64,000 nt of DNA from the NCBI RefSeq assembly GCF_023055435.1, contig NW_025963857.1, positions 22,072,001-22,136,000 of the forward strand, in the 5' to 3' direction. The notes under the pieces are model-generated. The model did not search any database and was not told where the DNA came from. It worked only from the letters and a program-made list of their open reading frames with translations. The position numbers were made by a program, and so were the translations under genes. Of the stretch, positions 47,077 to 59,643 are shown piece by piece. Source of the stretch: Haliotis rufescens. Taxonomy: Eukaryota. Numbering within the stretch: the stretch's first letter is position 1; each line of letters begins with the position of its first letter.

Positions 47077-47690
47077 TTTGAGCCCCTCTACTCTTTTTAA
47101 TTTTATGACCTCACCAAGAAAACAATTTTTCTCTTGGCTGTAGCCACTGCGGCACGGGTGAGTGAGTTACGTGCACTTGACATCACCTATGTCCGATTTG
47201 AGCATGGTACGCACGGAGTGATTTATCTGGATTGTGCTCGGATTTCATAGCTGGCCAGTCAACTACCAGGCCAACCCGATCGTTCCTTCATTCCACCAAT
47301 CTCGATCATTGTTGGAGTTGAAAATGAGGGTGAACTCCTCTATTGCAGGGTGCACGCTCATGAGTTTTCAAAACTAGGCGTGGCTCACAGAAACGGTTGT
47401 TCATTCCGGTATCCGGTACGTCCATGACCGAAGTAAGTCGCAACACCATATCTCAATGGTTACGCACAGTCATCCTACAGGATTACGAGATCGACAATCT
47501 TGATCCTCCGTTAGCGAGATGGCTCTACATATTAATTGTTCTATTAGAGCAAACATGGAAGGATGTTTTTGGAGGTCCGACACAGTTTTCGCAAGTCATT
47601 ATATTCTCGATGTGGCTCTTGAAGACGAAGGCGTTCACAGATTTGGGACTCTGGTAGTAGCCCAGCAGGTAACCAACCCCCCACGCTAAT
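47077..47690 (+). mobile_element. Decayed DIRS tyrosine-recombinase C-terminal fragment (older element)
   Basis: FEPL...LTKKTIFLLAVATAARVSELRAL ... LFIP...VSRNTISQWLR ... FWRSDTVFASHYILDV...FGTLVVAQQV across frameshifts. Confidence 0.88.
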
Positions 47691-47849
47691 AATGAACTTG
47701 TCCTGTCCAGAGCCATATTTCCTCCCCGTGCAGCACTGTCTAAGACATGGAAGAAAAGATTGTTTTCAAGCTCTTTTATCAGCTTTGGCTCAGTAACACA
47801 GACGTTTTGCTATCATCCATTATTACACGTGTGTACACGAATTTATCCT

Positions 47850-50800
47850 CAATTTTATTTCGTAAACTGAAATAAGGTCTAAATGTGATTATCCCTTGCT
47901 TCCGGTGGAAGCCACAAGCCTTTCAAAGTCACATGAGGAAAAACGAGATCTCATCTTTGATTCTCTGGCTTCCGAAGATGCAAGACGTTGAAATTTTCGT
48001 GCTCGTCTTGTGTTTTTCATCGTGAGCAATCTTCGATGGTGATTCTCCAGTCTTGCTCTTTTTGTACTTCTCTTCTTGGCATAACTCTTTTCTTCGGTTT
48101 TTAAACCGTCATGAGATCGGATCATTCATCGGGTTCCCATGGAGAGGATGCAATTCCTGTTAGTCAAAAGCATGGACGCCATGTGCCTGTCAGCCATGAG
48201 GCAACCACGGCCACTGGAACCAGCCATGAGGCAAACAATAACCAGAGCCATGAGGCAGTTGGTGACAATGGCAGACCTAATGATGTTGATTTGGAGAATC
48301 GAAGCAGGAAACGAAATAGGAAGGACTGGAAAGGCTTCACAATTCCAAAACGGGACCAAGCCAAATCTCGCCATCGTCATCGCAAAAGAAATGACAGTAG
48401 CACTAGTAGTTCTTCTTCCGATAGCTTGTCATCCAGCTCAAGTAGTGACAGTAGTTCGTCAGAATCGTCAGTTTCGGAAGATTGTGAAACCAACAATCGT
48501 ACTATTAGTACTGACAATCACCTGTATAAGCGTTTTAAGCCCACAGATGATAGGGCTGAACAAGAACTGTCTAACGAACTGCTAGATTATGCACATGAGC
48601 ATTTCAACCACTACATTAAAGATGAAGTTATCACCAAGAACATATAAGAGGGCTGTCCGACCCCAAAAGGATTTGTGCCACTGGAGCTTGATGAAGAATG
48701 GTCAGATATGTTGGAAGAAAAAAGATTTACTGCGGCTAAATCTGTTGAAGCAGGGTTGGGAAAAATCCAATCAAGACTACTCAATGTGATGGGACCACTC
48801 GGTCAAGTGTGGCAGACCGTGGATAAAATCAGAGATAAAGGTGGTGAAGAGATTGATGTGAACGACTTCTTTAAATTAGTTGAAAAGACTGTTTGTTTGT
48901 TGGGACAAGCCTACGTTGCCACTACCTTTTATAGAAGACTGAACATTCTAACAAAGCTAATGAAAAGTCAGAAAAAAGCCCAGAAGTTTCTCTCAAAGAA
49001 TGAGAAAAAGTTTAGTGACAAGAAGGCCTTGTTTGGCAAAGGTTTTTAAAAGAAATTGTTAAAGCTGTCCAAGGACAGAGAGAAGAGATTAGACATTGAG
49101 AGACAGTTTTCAGACTACAAAAACAAGAGCCACTATGGCTTCAAGAGCTCTGCTAGAGGGTTTCACAGAGGAAACAGCCGGCCCTTTCACAGAGGGCCCT
49201 CATCAAGTTACCAGGGTTACAGAGGTGGCGACCGTTACAGTTCCAACTCATTCCAGAAGATGCGATTCACCAACTCGACTAGAAAGCGAGACGGTGGTGG
49301 CAGAGGCAGAGAGTTTTCCAGAGGAAGATATGTATGCTTCACAATATCAAAAGGGAAACACACTGCACAGTCAGTTACAGGACTTAGACTTTCAGGTCAT
49401 TCAGGCAGATCCCAAACTAGGGGGGCGAATAAAACACCTCATAAAAAATTTGGAAAAGTTGACAAAGGATCATTTCATTCTAAATATTGTTCAAGGGTAC
49501 AGAATAGAATCAATCAAATTCCTCAGCAAAAATCAGAACCAAACGAACTAAAGATGCAAAAATCAGAAATGGACATAATGTCTGCAGAGGTAACAAAAAT
49601 GTTAGAGAAAGGGGCAGTGCAGTGCGTTTCTCCAGTAAGAAACCAGTTCGTGAGCACAGTGTTTGTAACACCAAAGAAAACAGGGGGTCACAGACCGGTA
49701 TTCAATGCAAAGAAACTAAACTGTTGTGTTGCTTACCAACACTTCCAAATGGAAGGAATTGTGACATTGACAGAACTCTTAAACAAACAGGACTATATGA
49801 TAAAAATAGATCTCAAAGATGCCTATCCCAGTGTGCAACGAGCACAAGAAATACTTAAGATTCCGCTGGCAAAACAAGCTTTACGAGTTTCAATGCTTAC
49901 CCTTCGGAATTGCTTCAGCACCGAGGGTATTTATTCACAAAGCTTTGAAACTAGTGATATCGTTCTTATGCAGAATAGGAATCCGAGCCCAAATTTATCT
50001 AGACAACTTAATTTTGGCAAATCCCCAGAAAGACGCATTGATGATAGACAAGGATTCGACCCTAGAAATTCTAGAGAAACTAGGTTTTGTAGTGAATTGG
50101 AAGAAGTCAGTCCTAGAATCATGTCCGATAATAGAGTACTTGGGTTTCACTGTCAACTCGATAGACATGACGTTGTCACTTCCACAGGACAAAGTGACTG
50201 GCATTCCTCGACAGTGCGAAATAATGTTGACTTGTTCCCACACAACTGTACAACAGCTAGCGACATTGATAGGCAAACTTACTGCCTCAATGATGGCGGT
50301 GCTACCAGCACCGCTACACTATCGACGTTTACTAATGTTGAGAACGAAAGCTCTCCTACCCAAACAAAACTACGAGACGAAAGTGACATTGACAGTAGAA
50401 TGCAAACAGGAACTGAGATGGTGAATACATCATCTCGCAGATTGGAACGGCAAATCTTTCCTCTCGACAGGGCCGGATGTAGTCATAACTACAGACGCCT
50501 CGAAATTGGGAGGGGAGCAGTGTATGGGAAAGTTCGGACAGGTGGAGTGTGGAGTCTCTCCGAGAGAAAACACCACATCAATGTTCTGGAGCTTATGGCT
50601 GCTTCGTTATCCATTCAGACATTTGCCAAGAGCAGAACAGATGTGCACATCCATCTAAGGATGGACAACCGATCAGCAGTGGCATACCTCAACAAGAAAG
50701 GGGGAACGAAGTCCATGGACTTGTTGACGGTAGCCCAAATGATCTGGGATTACCGCCTTGAGAAAAAGACCATAATATCGGCCGAATACCTTCCCGGGAA

Positions 50801-51505
50801 GGACAATGTGGAGGCAGATTGGGAATCGAGACACCACTCAGACTCCAGCAACTGGAAACTGAAAACAGTTTATTTCAATCAAATAAACAAAATTTGGGGA
50901 CCAATAAATGTGGATCTGTTTGCCGACAGACTGAACAGACAGGTGGACAGGTATGTCAGCTGGCGGCCAGATCCGACAGCATGACAAACGGATGCCTTCT
51001 AATGGAATGGAAGGACATGAAACCATATGCATTTCCCCCATTCAGATTAATAGGCCGATGCTTAATGAAGGTAAAAAAGGAAAAATCAGAACTCATACTA
51101 ATAGCTCCCACATGGCAAAGCCAACCATGGTTCCCTATTCTGATGAGCTTGTTAACAGAGGAGCCAATCCTCCTCCCTCCAGACCCACAGATGTTGTCGT
51201 CTCCAGCAGGGGAGACCCACCCCCTGATGGAACAAGGGTCTCTTACCCTTGCAGCCTGGAGAATCTCGGGAGTTGTAACCAGCCAGAAGGCATTTCTGAA
51301 TCGGCTTCCGAGTTACTCTCCAAATCCAGGCGCCCAGGCACCAGGAACTCTTACAACAGCTCCTGGCAGAAATGGCGTAGTTGGTGCATGGGGTGGGAAA
51401 TTGATCCATTTCAAGCCTCTGTGGCAAATGTGATTAAACTTTCTCACTCATCTGTATGAATCAGGCTATTCTTACAGCACAATCAATGCAATAAGATCTG
51501 CTATT
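47850..51505 (+). mobile_element. Decayed DIRS-type tyrosine-recombinase retrotransposon (ORF1, RT, RNase H, DAM-like methylase, recombinase N-terminus)
   Basis: Ser-rich ORF1 from 48111; KIDLKDAY, LPFGIASAPRVF, IYLDN (RT); TTDAS, HINVLEL, MDNRSAVAYLNKKGGT, YLPGKDNVEAD (RNase H); VDLFA, YAFPPF, APTWQSQPWF (methylase); SRRPGTRNSYNSSWQKW...YSYSTINAIRSAI (recombinase). Several frameshifts and stops; left boundary approximate. Confidence 0.92.
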
Positions 51506-51800
51506 TTTGCATCTTTAGTTCTCCTGGTTCTGATTTTTGCTGAGGAATTTGATTGAATTATATTCTTTACCCTTGAATAATGTTTAGAATGTAATGATCC
51601 TTTGTCAACTTTTCCCAATTTTTTATGAAGTGTTTTAATATCCTCCCTAGTTTGGGATCTGCCTGAATGACCTGAAAGTCTAGGTCCTGTAACTGACTGT
51701 GCAGTGTGTTTCCCTTTAGATATTGTAAAACATACATACCTTCTGCCTCTGCCACAACCGTCTCGCTTTCTAGTCGAGTTGGTGAATCGCATCTTCTGGA
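51506..51800 (-). mobile_element. Inverted fragment of the same DIRS family (homologous to about 49250-49563)
   Basis: Minus-strand ORFs repeat MRFTNSTRKRDG... and LHSQLQDLDFQVIQADPKLG with substitutions. Confidence 0.9.
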
Positions 51801-51966
51801 ATAGTATTAAGATTGTTGTTATTGTTGTGTTTAATTTTTTAGATGGGAAAAAAGATGTCAGTACTCAAAGCAGGGCCTGGGGAGTGCAGTTGCGGCTCTT
51901 ACGGGGCAGGGTCTGTCATATAGGTCGACATCAAAACTATCCAAAGTACCCACCATGACCACCAAC

Positions 51967-51968
<2 letters not shown>

Positions 51969-52054
<86 letters not shown>
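51969..52054. repeat. (GT)n microsatellite
   Basis: Uninterrupted GT run of about 86 nt. Confidence 0.98.
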
Positions 52055-52055
<1 letters not shown>

Positions 52056-52282
52056 TGACGCACAATCCAACCAAAGTGCTGGCGGAGGCGGGGGTTAAAT
52101 ATTTAAATATATTAAATACTTTAACTGACCTGTTTAATTCTGCTGCCACGTTACCTGTTGTTGCCACATGTACTGTGCTGTGACTGTGAGGTGGTTAGAT
52201 TGGTGCAGAGGAAATATCTGAGTTTTGAAATCAGCCAATGAGAAGCTAAGAATTAGGGTTTGATTCTCGTTCCAGAATGCTG

Positions 52283-52540
52283 TTGGTTGTTTGGTTGTTT
52301 AACGCCGCACTCAGCAATATTCCAGCTATATGACGGCGGTCTGTAAATAATCAAGTCTGGACCAGACAATCCAGTGATTGATATAAGAGCATCGATGTAC
52401 GCAATTGGGATCGAATACATGCATCAACCAAGTCAGCGAGCCTGACCTCCTGACACCGATTGTCGCCTCTTACGACAAGCATAGTCACCTTTTTACGGCA
52501 AGCATGGGTTGCTAAATACCTATTGTACCCCGGATCTTCA
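52283..52540 (-). mobile_element. Family-A short retroelement
   Basis: Reverse-complement copy; partly duplicated at 59652-59828. Confidence 0.88.
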
Positions 52541-53568
52541 CTAACCATAGCTATTACTAAATAACCTTTCAGATGAATGGAATTCATTTGAAAATCCAAG
52601 ACAAATATAACAGAATGTCAATATATAGAGGATATTTAATGTGTTTTCTCAAATAACACTTTTATCTCATCGAGTGAAGTGGGGAGAGTCTAATATTTTC
52701 ACGAGTGAAAATATTAGACTCTCCCCACTTCGGAAATTAAAGCGGGCGCTTCTCGCCTCGGCGGTACGTCTCGCTGTCGCCAGTTGTGCCAAATGTCTGG
52801 CGAAGCATGTCCGGCGCAAGAGTGATATTAACATTGCCATAGATGTTATTTCCAGACATCAGACTCGTCAAAAAGTTCCTGTGGTCAGTTGAAGAGAAGC
52901 TATGCACCTGCGGTTGAGACAGTCGGCATCTGACGTAAATCCGAATTTTGATTCAACCAAATACAAATAGACCATGATTCCATGGTTACCCGGAAATCCC
53001 GAACACCTTCGTAAGTGTCAGTAGATTAAAGTCACGAGACACCATGGTTTCCCCTAACCTTCGTCACTTACCGTTACTCCTTCGATGATTTCCGGTCATT
53101 TCCGTGACGTTTCAGGAATGACTAGGTAAATTTGCACTCAATTTAGCAGTGTGGACGTAGCTCAGTCGGTTAGCTGTCGCGTCCGACGGATTCTCACAAG
53201 TGTAACTTGTCTTATACGTGACCTACGACAGAGATCGTCTTCACGAGAAGTTGTGGTACTGTATTCTCATATTGTATATACATATTTTCATATTGTATGA
53301 CTTCAATGACACAACACTTCGCATGAGCTATTTTAGTCTGCATTCAGAGCAGAACCTTTCTACTAAGCCTGTCGGCTCAGGTACACGGTCACATTGACAT
53401 TGTCACCACCACATTGCCAGGTGAGCCCCCGACAACGCATATAAAGTCAACATTAAACATTACGCGAATGTGAAATATTCTTATTCCCAGTTCAGTGGCT
53501 GCAAGATCATCAGCAAAGTAAAGCCATCGGCGACAGTTATTTATAAGAACCTGTCCTTGTTTAAGACA

Positions 53569-53727
53569 TGTTAAGGAACAAAAGGACCGAGGATAGTTTA
53601 AAAGGTGAAAACCTTCTTTTCAAAGAGTAATAAGTAATCAGACACCGTCATACAGGTGGAAGACCACGAGCTTCACGTGGACCTGATCGTAATCTCTCTG
53701 ATGTCCCCGACACAGGCGAGTGAGTTT
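53569..53727 (+). pseudogene. Partial upstream duplicate of the BTB N-terminus (copy 1)
   Basis: SDTVIQVEDHELHVDLIVISLMSPTQASE, preceded by stop codons. Confidence 0.75.
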
Positions 53728-53908
53728 ACTTTACGTGGAACGTTTCCAGGAAAAGGCTCGTTTCTCGGAACTTCTTGTGTATGGTTCATTGTGGCATTTT
53801 CTTATTTCCAGAATACAAAGGCTTCAAGACCAGCAGTAAATTGACACATCATCTCCGAAAGTTAGCCATAGGAATTGGGAACTTGTTTTCGACACTTCTG
53901 TCACCAAA

Positions 53909-54347
53909 ATGTCTGAGTCACGTTTAAAAGAGGCGAAAACCTTCTTCACAGAGGGGAATAAGAAATCAGACGCTGTCATACAGGTGGAAGACCACGAGCT
54001 TCACGTTGACCTGATTGTAATCTCTCTGATATCCCCGACACTGGCGAGTGAGTTCCAGCCACGCCCGGACCCCCAGTCTCCTCCTAGCGAAACCAACAAA
54101 GCCGTGGCCAAGTTGGACGGACGTGTTGACCACATTGTGGACATGCTGGCCTCCATCTACCCCAACTTTAGGAGCGTCAACGTTGTTGATAAAGACAATG
54201 TCGAGTATCTACTCCCACTGGCTGCGAAGTACAAGCTGCTGTTTCTGGTGGAAACATGTAAAACATTGATAATCGAGCGGTACCTCGCATGAATGCTCCC
54301 AACATAGGCCAGATACGAATAACAAATGAAGGATACAAGGACGAGAG
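53909..54347 (+). pseudogene. Truncated paralogue of the BTB/POZ gene
   Basis: Nearly identical to the 60992 copy up to ETCKTLII. A 1-nt loss (atcgag vs attggag) then gives a stop at 54292, and homology ends at about 54347 at a G tract followed by Tc1 sequence. Confidence 0.85.
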
Positions 54348-54380
54348 GGGTTGGGGGGTTGGGGGGGGGGGGGGGGGGGG

Positions 54381-55609
54381 TGTCTCACCCAAACTGCTGT
54401 TGCCAATCATTTTAATGTTCACCGTAGCGTCATCTCAAGAGCGATAACTCGATACCATCAAACTGGACTGATGACAGAGAGACCACGCACAGGTCGTCCA
54501 AGGGTGACAACTTCTTGTGAGGACCGGTATTTAGCCACCCTAGCCCGGAGAAACAGGTTTACTACGGCCAGATCTCTCCAGAATGACCTTCAGAGAGTTG
54601 CAGGAAACAGAGTCTCAACATAGACAGTAAGAAACAGACTTCACACTCAGGATCTGAGGTCCAGACGACCAGTATGACGTATCTCACTGCCTGCACACCA
54701 TCGACAACAGAGACTTGCTTGGGCCAATCAACGCCGTAACTGGAGGGTCAATCGCTGGCGTAACGTTCTCTTCACAGACGAGTCAAGATTCTGCCTTGAC
54801 TTCAACGATGGTAGGGCACGTGTGTGGAGAAATCCTAATGAACGATACGCCAACTGTACAATTGCTGAACACGACCAGTACGGAGGTGGAAGTTTGATGA
54901 TCTGGGCTGGCATCAGGGTTGGACACAGAACTGATCTTGTGGTCATCAGACGTGGTACCATGACTGGAGTACGGTACAGGGACGAGATTGTCACACCTGT
55001 GATCATTCCCCTGGCACAACAAGCGGGTCCTTACTTCATCTTTATGGATGATAATGCTCGTCCACATCGAGCAAGAGTTGTCACTGATCTTCTTCAGACC
55101 AACATCACGCATATGGACTGGCCTGCAAGGTCTCCGGATCTTAATCCCATTGAACATGCATGGGACATTCTTGGAAGGCGTGTTTATGATCTTCATGTTC
55201 GTCCTCAGAATCTGGATCAACTTGAACAGGCCTTAAGGAGAGAATGGCAGAACATTCCACAACAGACGCTTGATAGGCTTATCTGGTCAATGCCAAGACG
55301 TGTAGAAGCTTGCATTCAAGCCAATGGTGGACATACACATTACTGAACATTGGATCATTGTTTCAAAATGACTTAAACTCAAATTTAAAGATTTCATCCT
55401 CAGTACAGCACATTTTGCACGACTGTTTTCATGATACTGTTTTTGATCATTTGTAAACCTGTTAGGCATAAACGCTTTTCAGTTCCCTTTGAGGACAATG
55501 TGTGTTTGTGCTCTTTCTTTGTATTGCTTTAGTCAGTTTTTAGGTATTGGAATATATGAACATGGACTGACACATAATAGATTTGTTGCTTAACTTTTTG
55601 TGAGGAGTA
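54381..55609 (+). mobile_element. 5'-truncated Tc1-family transposon with transposase pseudogene
   Basis: HTH plus GRPR; VLFTDESRF; FMDDNARPH; WPARSPDLNPIE; GGHTHY* at 55346. In-frame stops at 54621 and about 54675; right TIR ends GAGGAGTA/TA. The D-to-E spacing here is 33 residues, probably a codon lost from DD34E. Confidence 0.93.
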
Positions 55610-56100
55610 TACATTAACGAATGCATTTTTTAATCTTGAAGTGAGCCAACAGTACAGATTGATCCTTTTCACTCTTGCTCTAATCAATCAACTCAGCCAC
55701 CTTGCTCAACGTCATGTCACATAATGAAAAAGATCAACATTTTTGTTCAGGGCCACAGCAATAAGCCCAAATAATTAACTCGGTGTTTTCGTTTTGGCTG
55801 CACTCTCTTCACGTTTAAGCAGTTATCCGTTCTAGATTGCAATCTTGTGATGGTTGGTTTGATATAGTGAGTGAGTATGGTTCTACGTCGCTTTTAGCAA
55901 TATTCCAGCAATATCATGGCGGGGGACACCACAAATGGGCTTCACACATTGTACCTATCTGACCGCCCCGGTTTGATAAAGAGACCAATGTATTTGTAAA
56001 ATGGGTTCACATGAATGTACACGGTTGATAACAAAGATGAAATTTGAATGACATTCCAACGCACGTATACACTCACTATTGTTAAATACGAAATATAAAT

Positions 56101-58556
56101 ATAGATGCAAAGCAGCAAGGGCGGGCTCCAAGCTATACTGTACACAAACGTCCATGTTCGAATCCTCAAAGGGTTTCCTTGTACCAAATCCCTCAAATGT
56201 AGGCACCACTTGCAGGGTATGGCTGCTACGAAATTGTTGTGAGCAGGGGTGGTGTCCAAGTATGTTCTTAACCCATTTCCGACCTTGATCATGTTCGAAT
56301 CCTCAAAGGGTTGCTTGTACTCCGTCCAAACAATGTCACCGGACATCGCCTCTTCGAAATTGGCTCGTTCCAGGAGTGTCCCAAATATATATCAAATATT
56401 ACCACCAAGCAGTATGCAACCAAGAACAAACAATAAGCTGCATATGGCACACTAACTTCATGTAAACTTTCAATAGTTTCTGTGGAGAACCTTACAAAAT
56501 ATGATCTTTAAAGTAAAATTTCGGTGAAAAAAATCATCAAAATCAAAATCCAATAGGTCCGTCGATATAAAAGATATCCAAAATCAGCTAACAGAGTGTG
56601 ATGTGGTATGTATGAAGACAATTCTCAGAAAGTTTGAAAGCATTTCATGCAATGGATTCAGGGGAGTATGCATTTAAATACCCAAAAGACACTGTGAAAA
56701 CCTTTAATCTAATATGGCTGCCAAACCACGTGACCAATGACCAAAGTCAAAGAACAAAAAAATGTCAAGCACCCAAAGCAGCAGACACATCTAAAGTTTA
56801 AAAGTAATCGGACAAGCGGTTGCGAAGCAATAGGGCAAAATATAGGTTTAAAAATTGCTTGTTTTTCAGTTATCTGCCCTTGGTCTTTGGGCCTACGGCC
56901 TTTGAATTTGTGTGGTTTCTGGTACTTAAGTATCTGGATATACATACAACATTTGAACCGAATCAAGGCAGTGGTTATTATGCTAGCTCTGGTACAAAAA
57001 TCGGCGGAATAATGATAATATTAAATCGAACGATAACACTGGGACTCTTCAGGTTTTCGGCTTGGTGACTCTTTAACAGGCTGTAACTTCTTTGTCAGTT
57101 GAGCTCCAGTCAAATGGATGAGCATTCCGAGTTCGTCAGGGCCCCGGGTTTCTGTCGCATTGCTGAGATAAAGTGTTAAACCTGTTTCCGACCGCGTCCG
57201 TATTCGAATCCCCAAAGGGTTTACCTGTACCAACGCCGTCAAATGTAAGGAACCGCTTATGAGACATCACAACCACGAACTTGACATGTGCTTGGGTGTC
57301 CCATGGTGTTTTAACCAATTTCCGACTTCGACCATGTTCGAATCCTCAAATGGTTTGCTTGTACCAACGCCGTCAAATGTAAGGAACCGCTTATGAGACA
57401 TCACAACCACGAACTTGACATGTGCTTGGGTGTCCCATGGTGTTTTAACCAATTTCCGACTTCGACCATGTTCGAATCCTCAAATGGTTTGCTTGTACCA
57501 ATGCCGTCAAATGTAATGAACCGCTTGCGAGACATCGCCGCTACGAAACTGACGTGTCCCAGAATGTCCTAGGATGTTCTGAACCCATTTCAGACACTGT
57601 CCATGTTCGAATCCTCAAAGGGTTTGCTTGTACCAACTCCGTCAAATGTAGGCAGCGGTTGCAGACATCACCATTACGGCATTTGCATGTGCCCGGGTGT
57701 CCAAGGCCATATCCAACCTCAAATCCTCATGTGCAAATCCTCAAAGGGTTTGCTTCTAACAATGCAATCAAAAGTAAGGTACGGTAGCATTTGGCAATTG
57801 GGAAATAAAGTACCAAGTCGGGGAGCCTGACCACCCGATACCGATAATCGCCTCTTCAGACAAGTATGGGTTGCTGAAGACCAATTCTAATCCTCATCTT
57901 CAAGGGTAGTATACATTGTGCAGAAGACACGTGACAGTGAAAGGGAGATAACCCTAAGTTATCTGAGCTCTTTCTGTGAAAAGAAATCATCAAAATCAAA
58001 ATCCAATAGAGCCGTCACTTAGAAAGATATCCAAAAAAGGCTAACAGTGTTTGATGTGTTATGTATGTAGACAATTCTCGGAAAGTGTGGAGGTGTTTTT
58101 GTATGCAGTGGATCCAGAGGAGATAGCATTTGAAGACATGTACACAATGAAAATCTTAAATCAAATATTACCACTAAACGGTGATACTTTAACCATGCAA
58201 ACCGAACAGAAAATGAGGTCCATATGGTACACTAACTTCATGCAAACTTTCAATGGTTTCTGTGAAGAACCTTACAAGATATTATCTTTTAAAGTAAAAT
58301 TTATGAGAGAGAAATGATCAAAATCAAAATCCAATATTGCCACAACTAAAAACGATATCCAAAATCCAAAATGGCTGCCAAACCACGTGACCAATGACCA
58401 AAGTTTAAGAATATGAAAAGTCAAGCACCTAAAGCTGCAGACACATGCAAAGTTTAAAAGTAATCGTACAAGCGGTTCTCGAGCAATAGGGCAAATTATA
58501 CATTCCAAAACTTTAGTTATCTGCCCTTGGTCCTTGGGCCTACGTCCTTGGAATTT
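56101..58556. mobile_element. Non-autonomous Helentron-like composite element with internal tandem repeats
   Basis: Lies between the two duplicated blocks. Internal repeated blocks (56441-56590 ~ 58221-58360; 56711-56910 ~ 58369-58556), short GGCC-TAC-GGCC hairpin at block ends, and a 134-bp array. Family assignment is inference. Confidence 0.5.
57195..57780 (+). repeat. About 134-bp tandem repeat (4-5 units; related units at 56150-56330)
   Basis: CCATGTTCGAATCCTCAAA-like anchors at about 57197, 57331, 57465, 57600 and a degenerate one at 57726. Confidence 0.9.
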
Positions 58557-58732
58557 TGTTGGATACTATTTTGGTGAAATGGGCATCTTGTGTGTTCAAG
58601 ACTGGTTTACCATGGTTTTACAAGTTGACTTTGTTGTCTTCGAACTCGGGTGCAGGATCTGATACTTGGGCCGGTGTCATAGATATTCTAAGACGTTCGG
58701 TTTAGTTGCTGACACGATATATACTGTACCAG

Positions 58733-59643
58733 TGGGGCTTCCACGAGTCCAAATTTTTGGACTCGAGTACCCGAGTGGTGAAACTCGACTCGTACTCGAG
58801 TACCCGAAAACAGGACGTCCTTTAAGAATATTGGTTCATTACATCAAAATTGCCATCTAAAAGTATTAAAACATGTTATAAGTATAATTGCACTGCACTG
58901 AAATGTAAATAGAGAGCGTCCAAGGAACTTGTTTATCTGTCAAAGTGTATGGAAGTGTTCAGTGTTAATGTTTGCTTTTAACTGCACTAATCTTAATCAC
59001 GACCTTCAAAAACATTACGTCACGTCTACAAATACTACAATACATATTGAACATTTTTCTGATGATCAGCGTTTCATTCGTCACCTGCCAACAAGCACGA
59101 ACAATAATTCGCAGGAAGAAAATCGATAATGTGCATCACGTGACATGCACGTACACACAGCTACTGGGCTGCAAGACTAAGGCCGCTAAATATGGAAATG
59201 AAGTACTATACGTTCCTTCATTCATGAATTGGTCACGTTTTCAAACTGTACCAAACTGTCGACCTGTCGCTTGATCTGTAAGCACTGAAATAGCACATAT
59301 ATATCAGCTAATCAGTTGTTCATCTGTGTAAGGGAATACACTTGGCATTTGAGTGGGAGCAAAGAAGCAATAATCGCCTTCATACATTCAATTTCTTAAA
59401 GTCGGGAAGGAAAAACAATAATTACGTCTATTTTATGTGACATTCTCAATTGTTCTAATGTACATCTACTTTCTACAAAGAATACATTATTCAAACAATA
59501 TTTTTTGAAGCTTTAATCAATATATTGATGAACAACTGACAATTGAAACAGAGTGATCTCCCCTTATCGAGTACTCGAGTCCTTGATAACGGACTCGAGT
59601 CCCAGTAAAACCGACCCGGCCCCGAGTACTCGTTGAAGACCTA
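58733..59643. mobile_element. hAT MITE
   Basis: TIRs TGGGGCTTCCACGAGT / ACTCGTTGAAGACCTA, ACTCGAGT subterminal motifs, 8-bp TSD TGTACCAG. Confidence 0.88.

Noticed and set aside
53150-53210. tRNA-like start GGACGTAGCTCAGTCGGTTAG
   Set aside because: Only an A box is present; no B box, T arm or acceptor stem, so it is not a tRNA gene.
54780-55160. Unusual DD33E catalytic spacing in the Tc1 transposase
   Set aside because: The copy is a pseudogene; loss of a single codon from ordinary DD34E is the simpler explanation.
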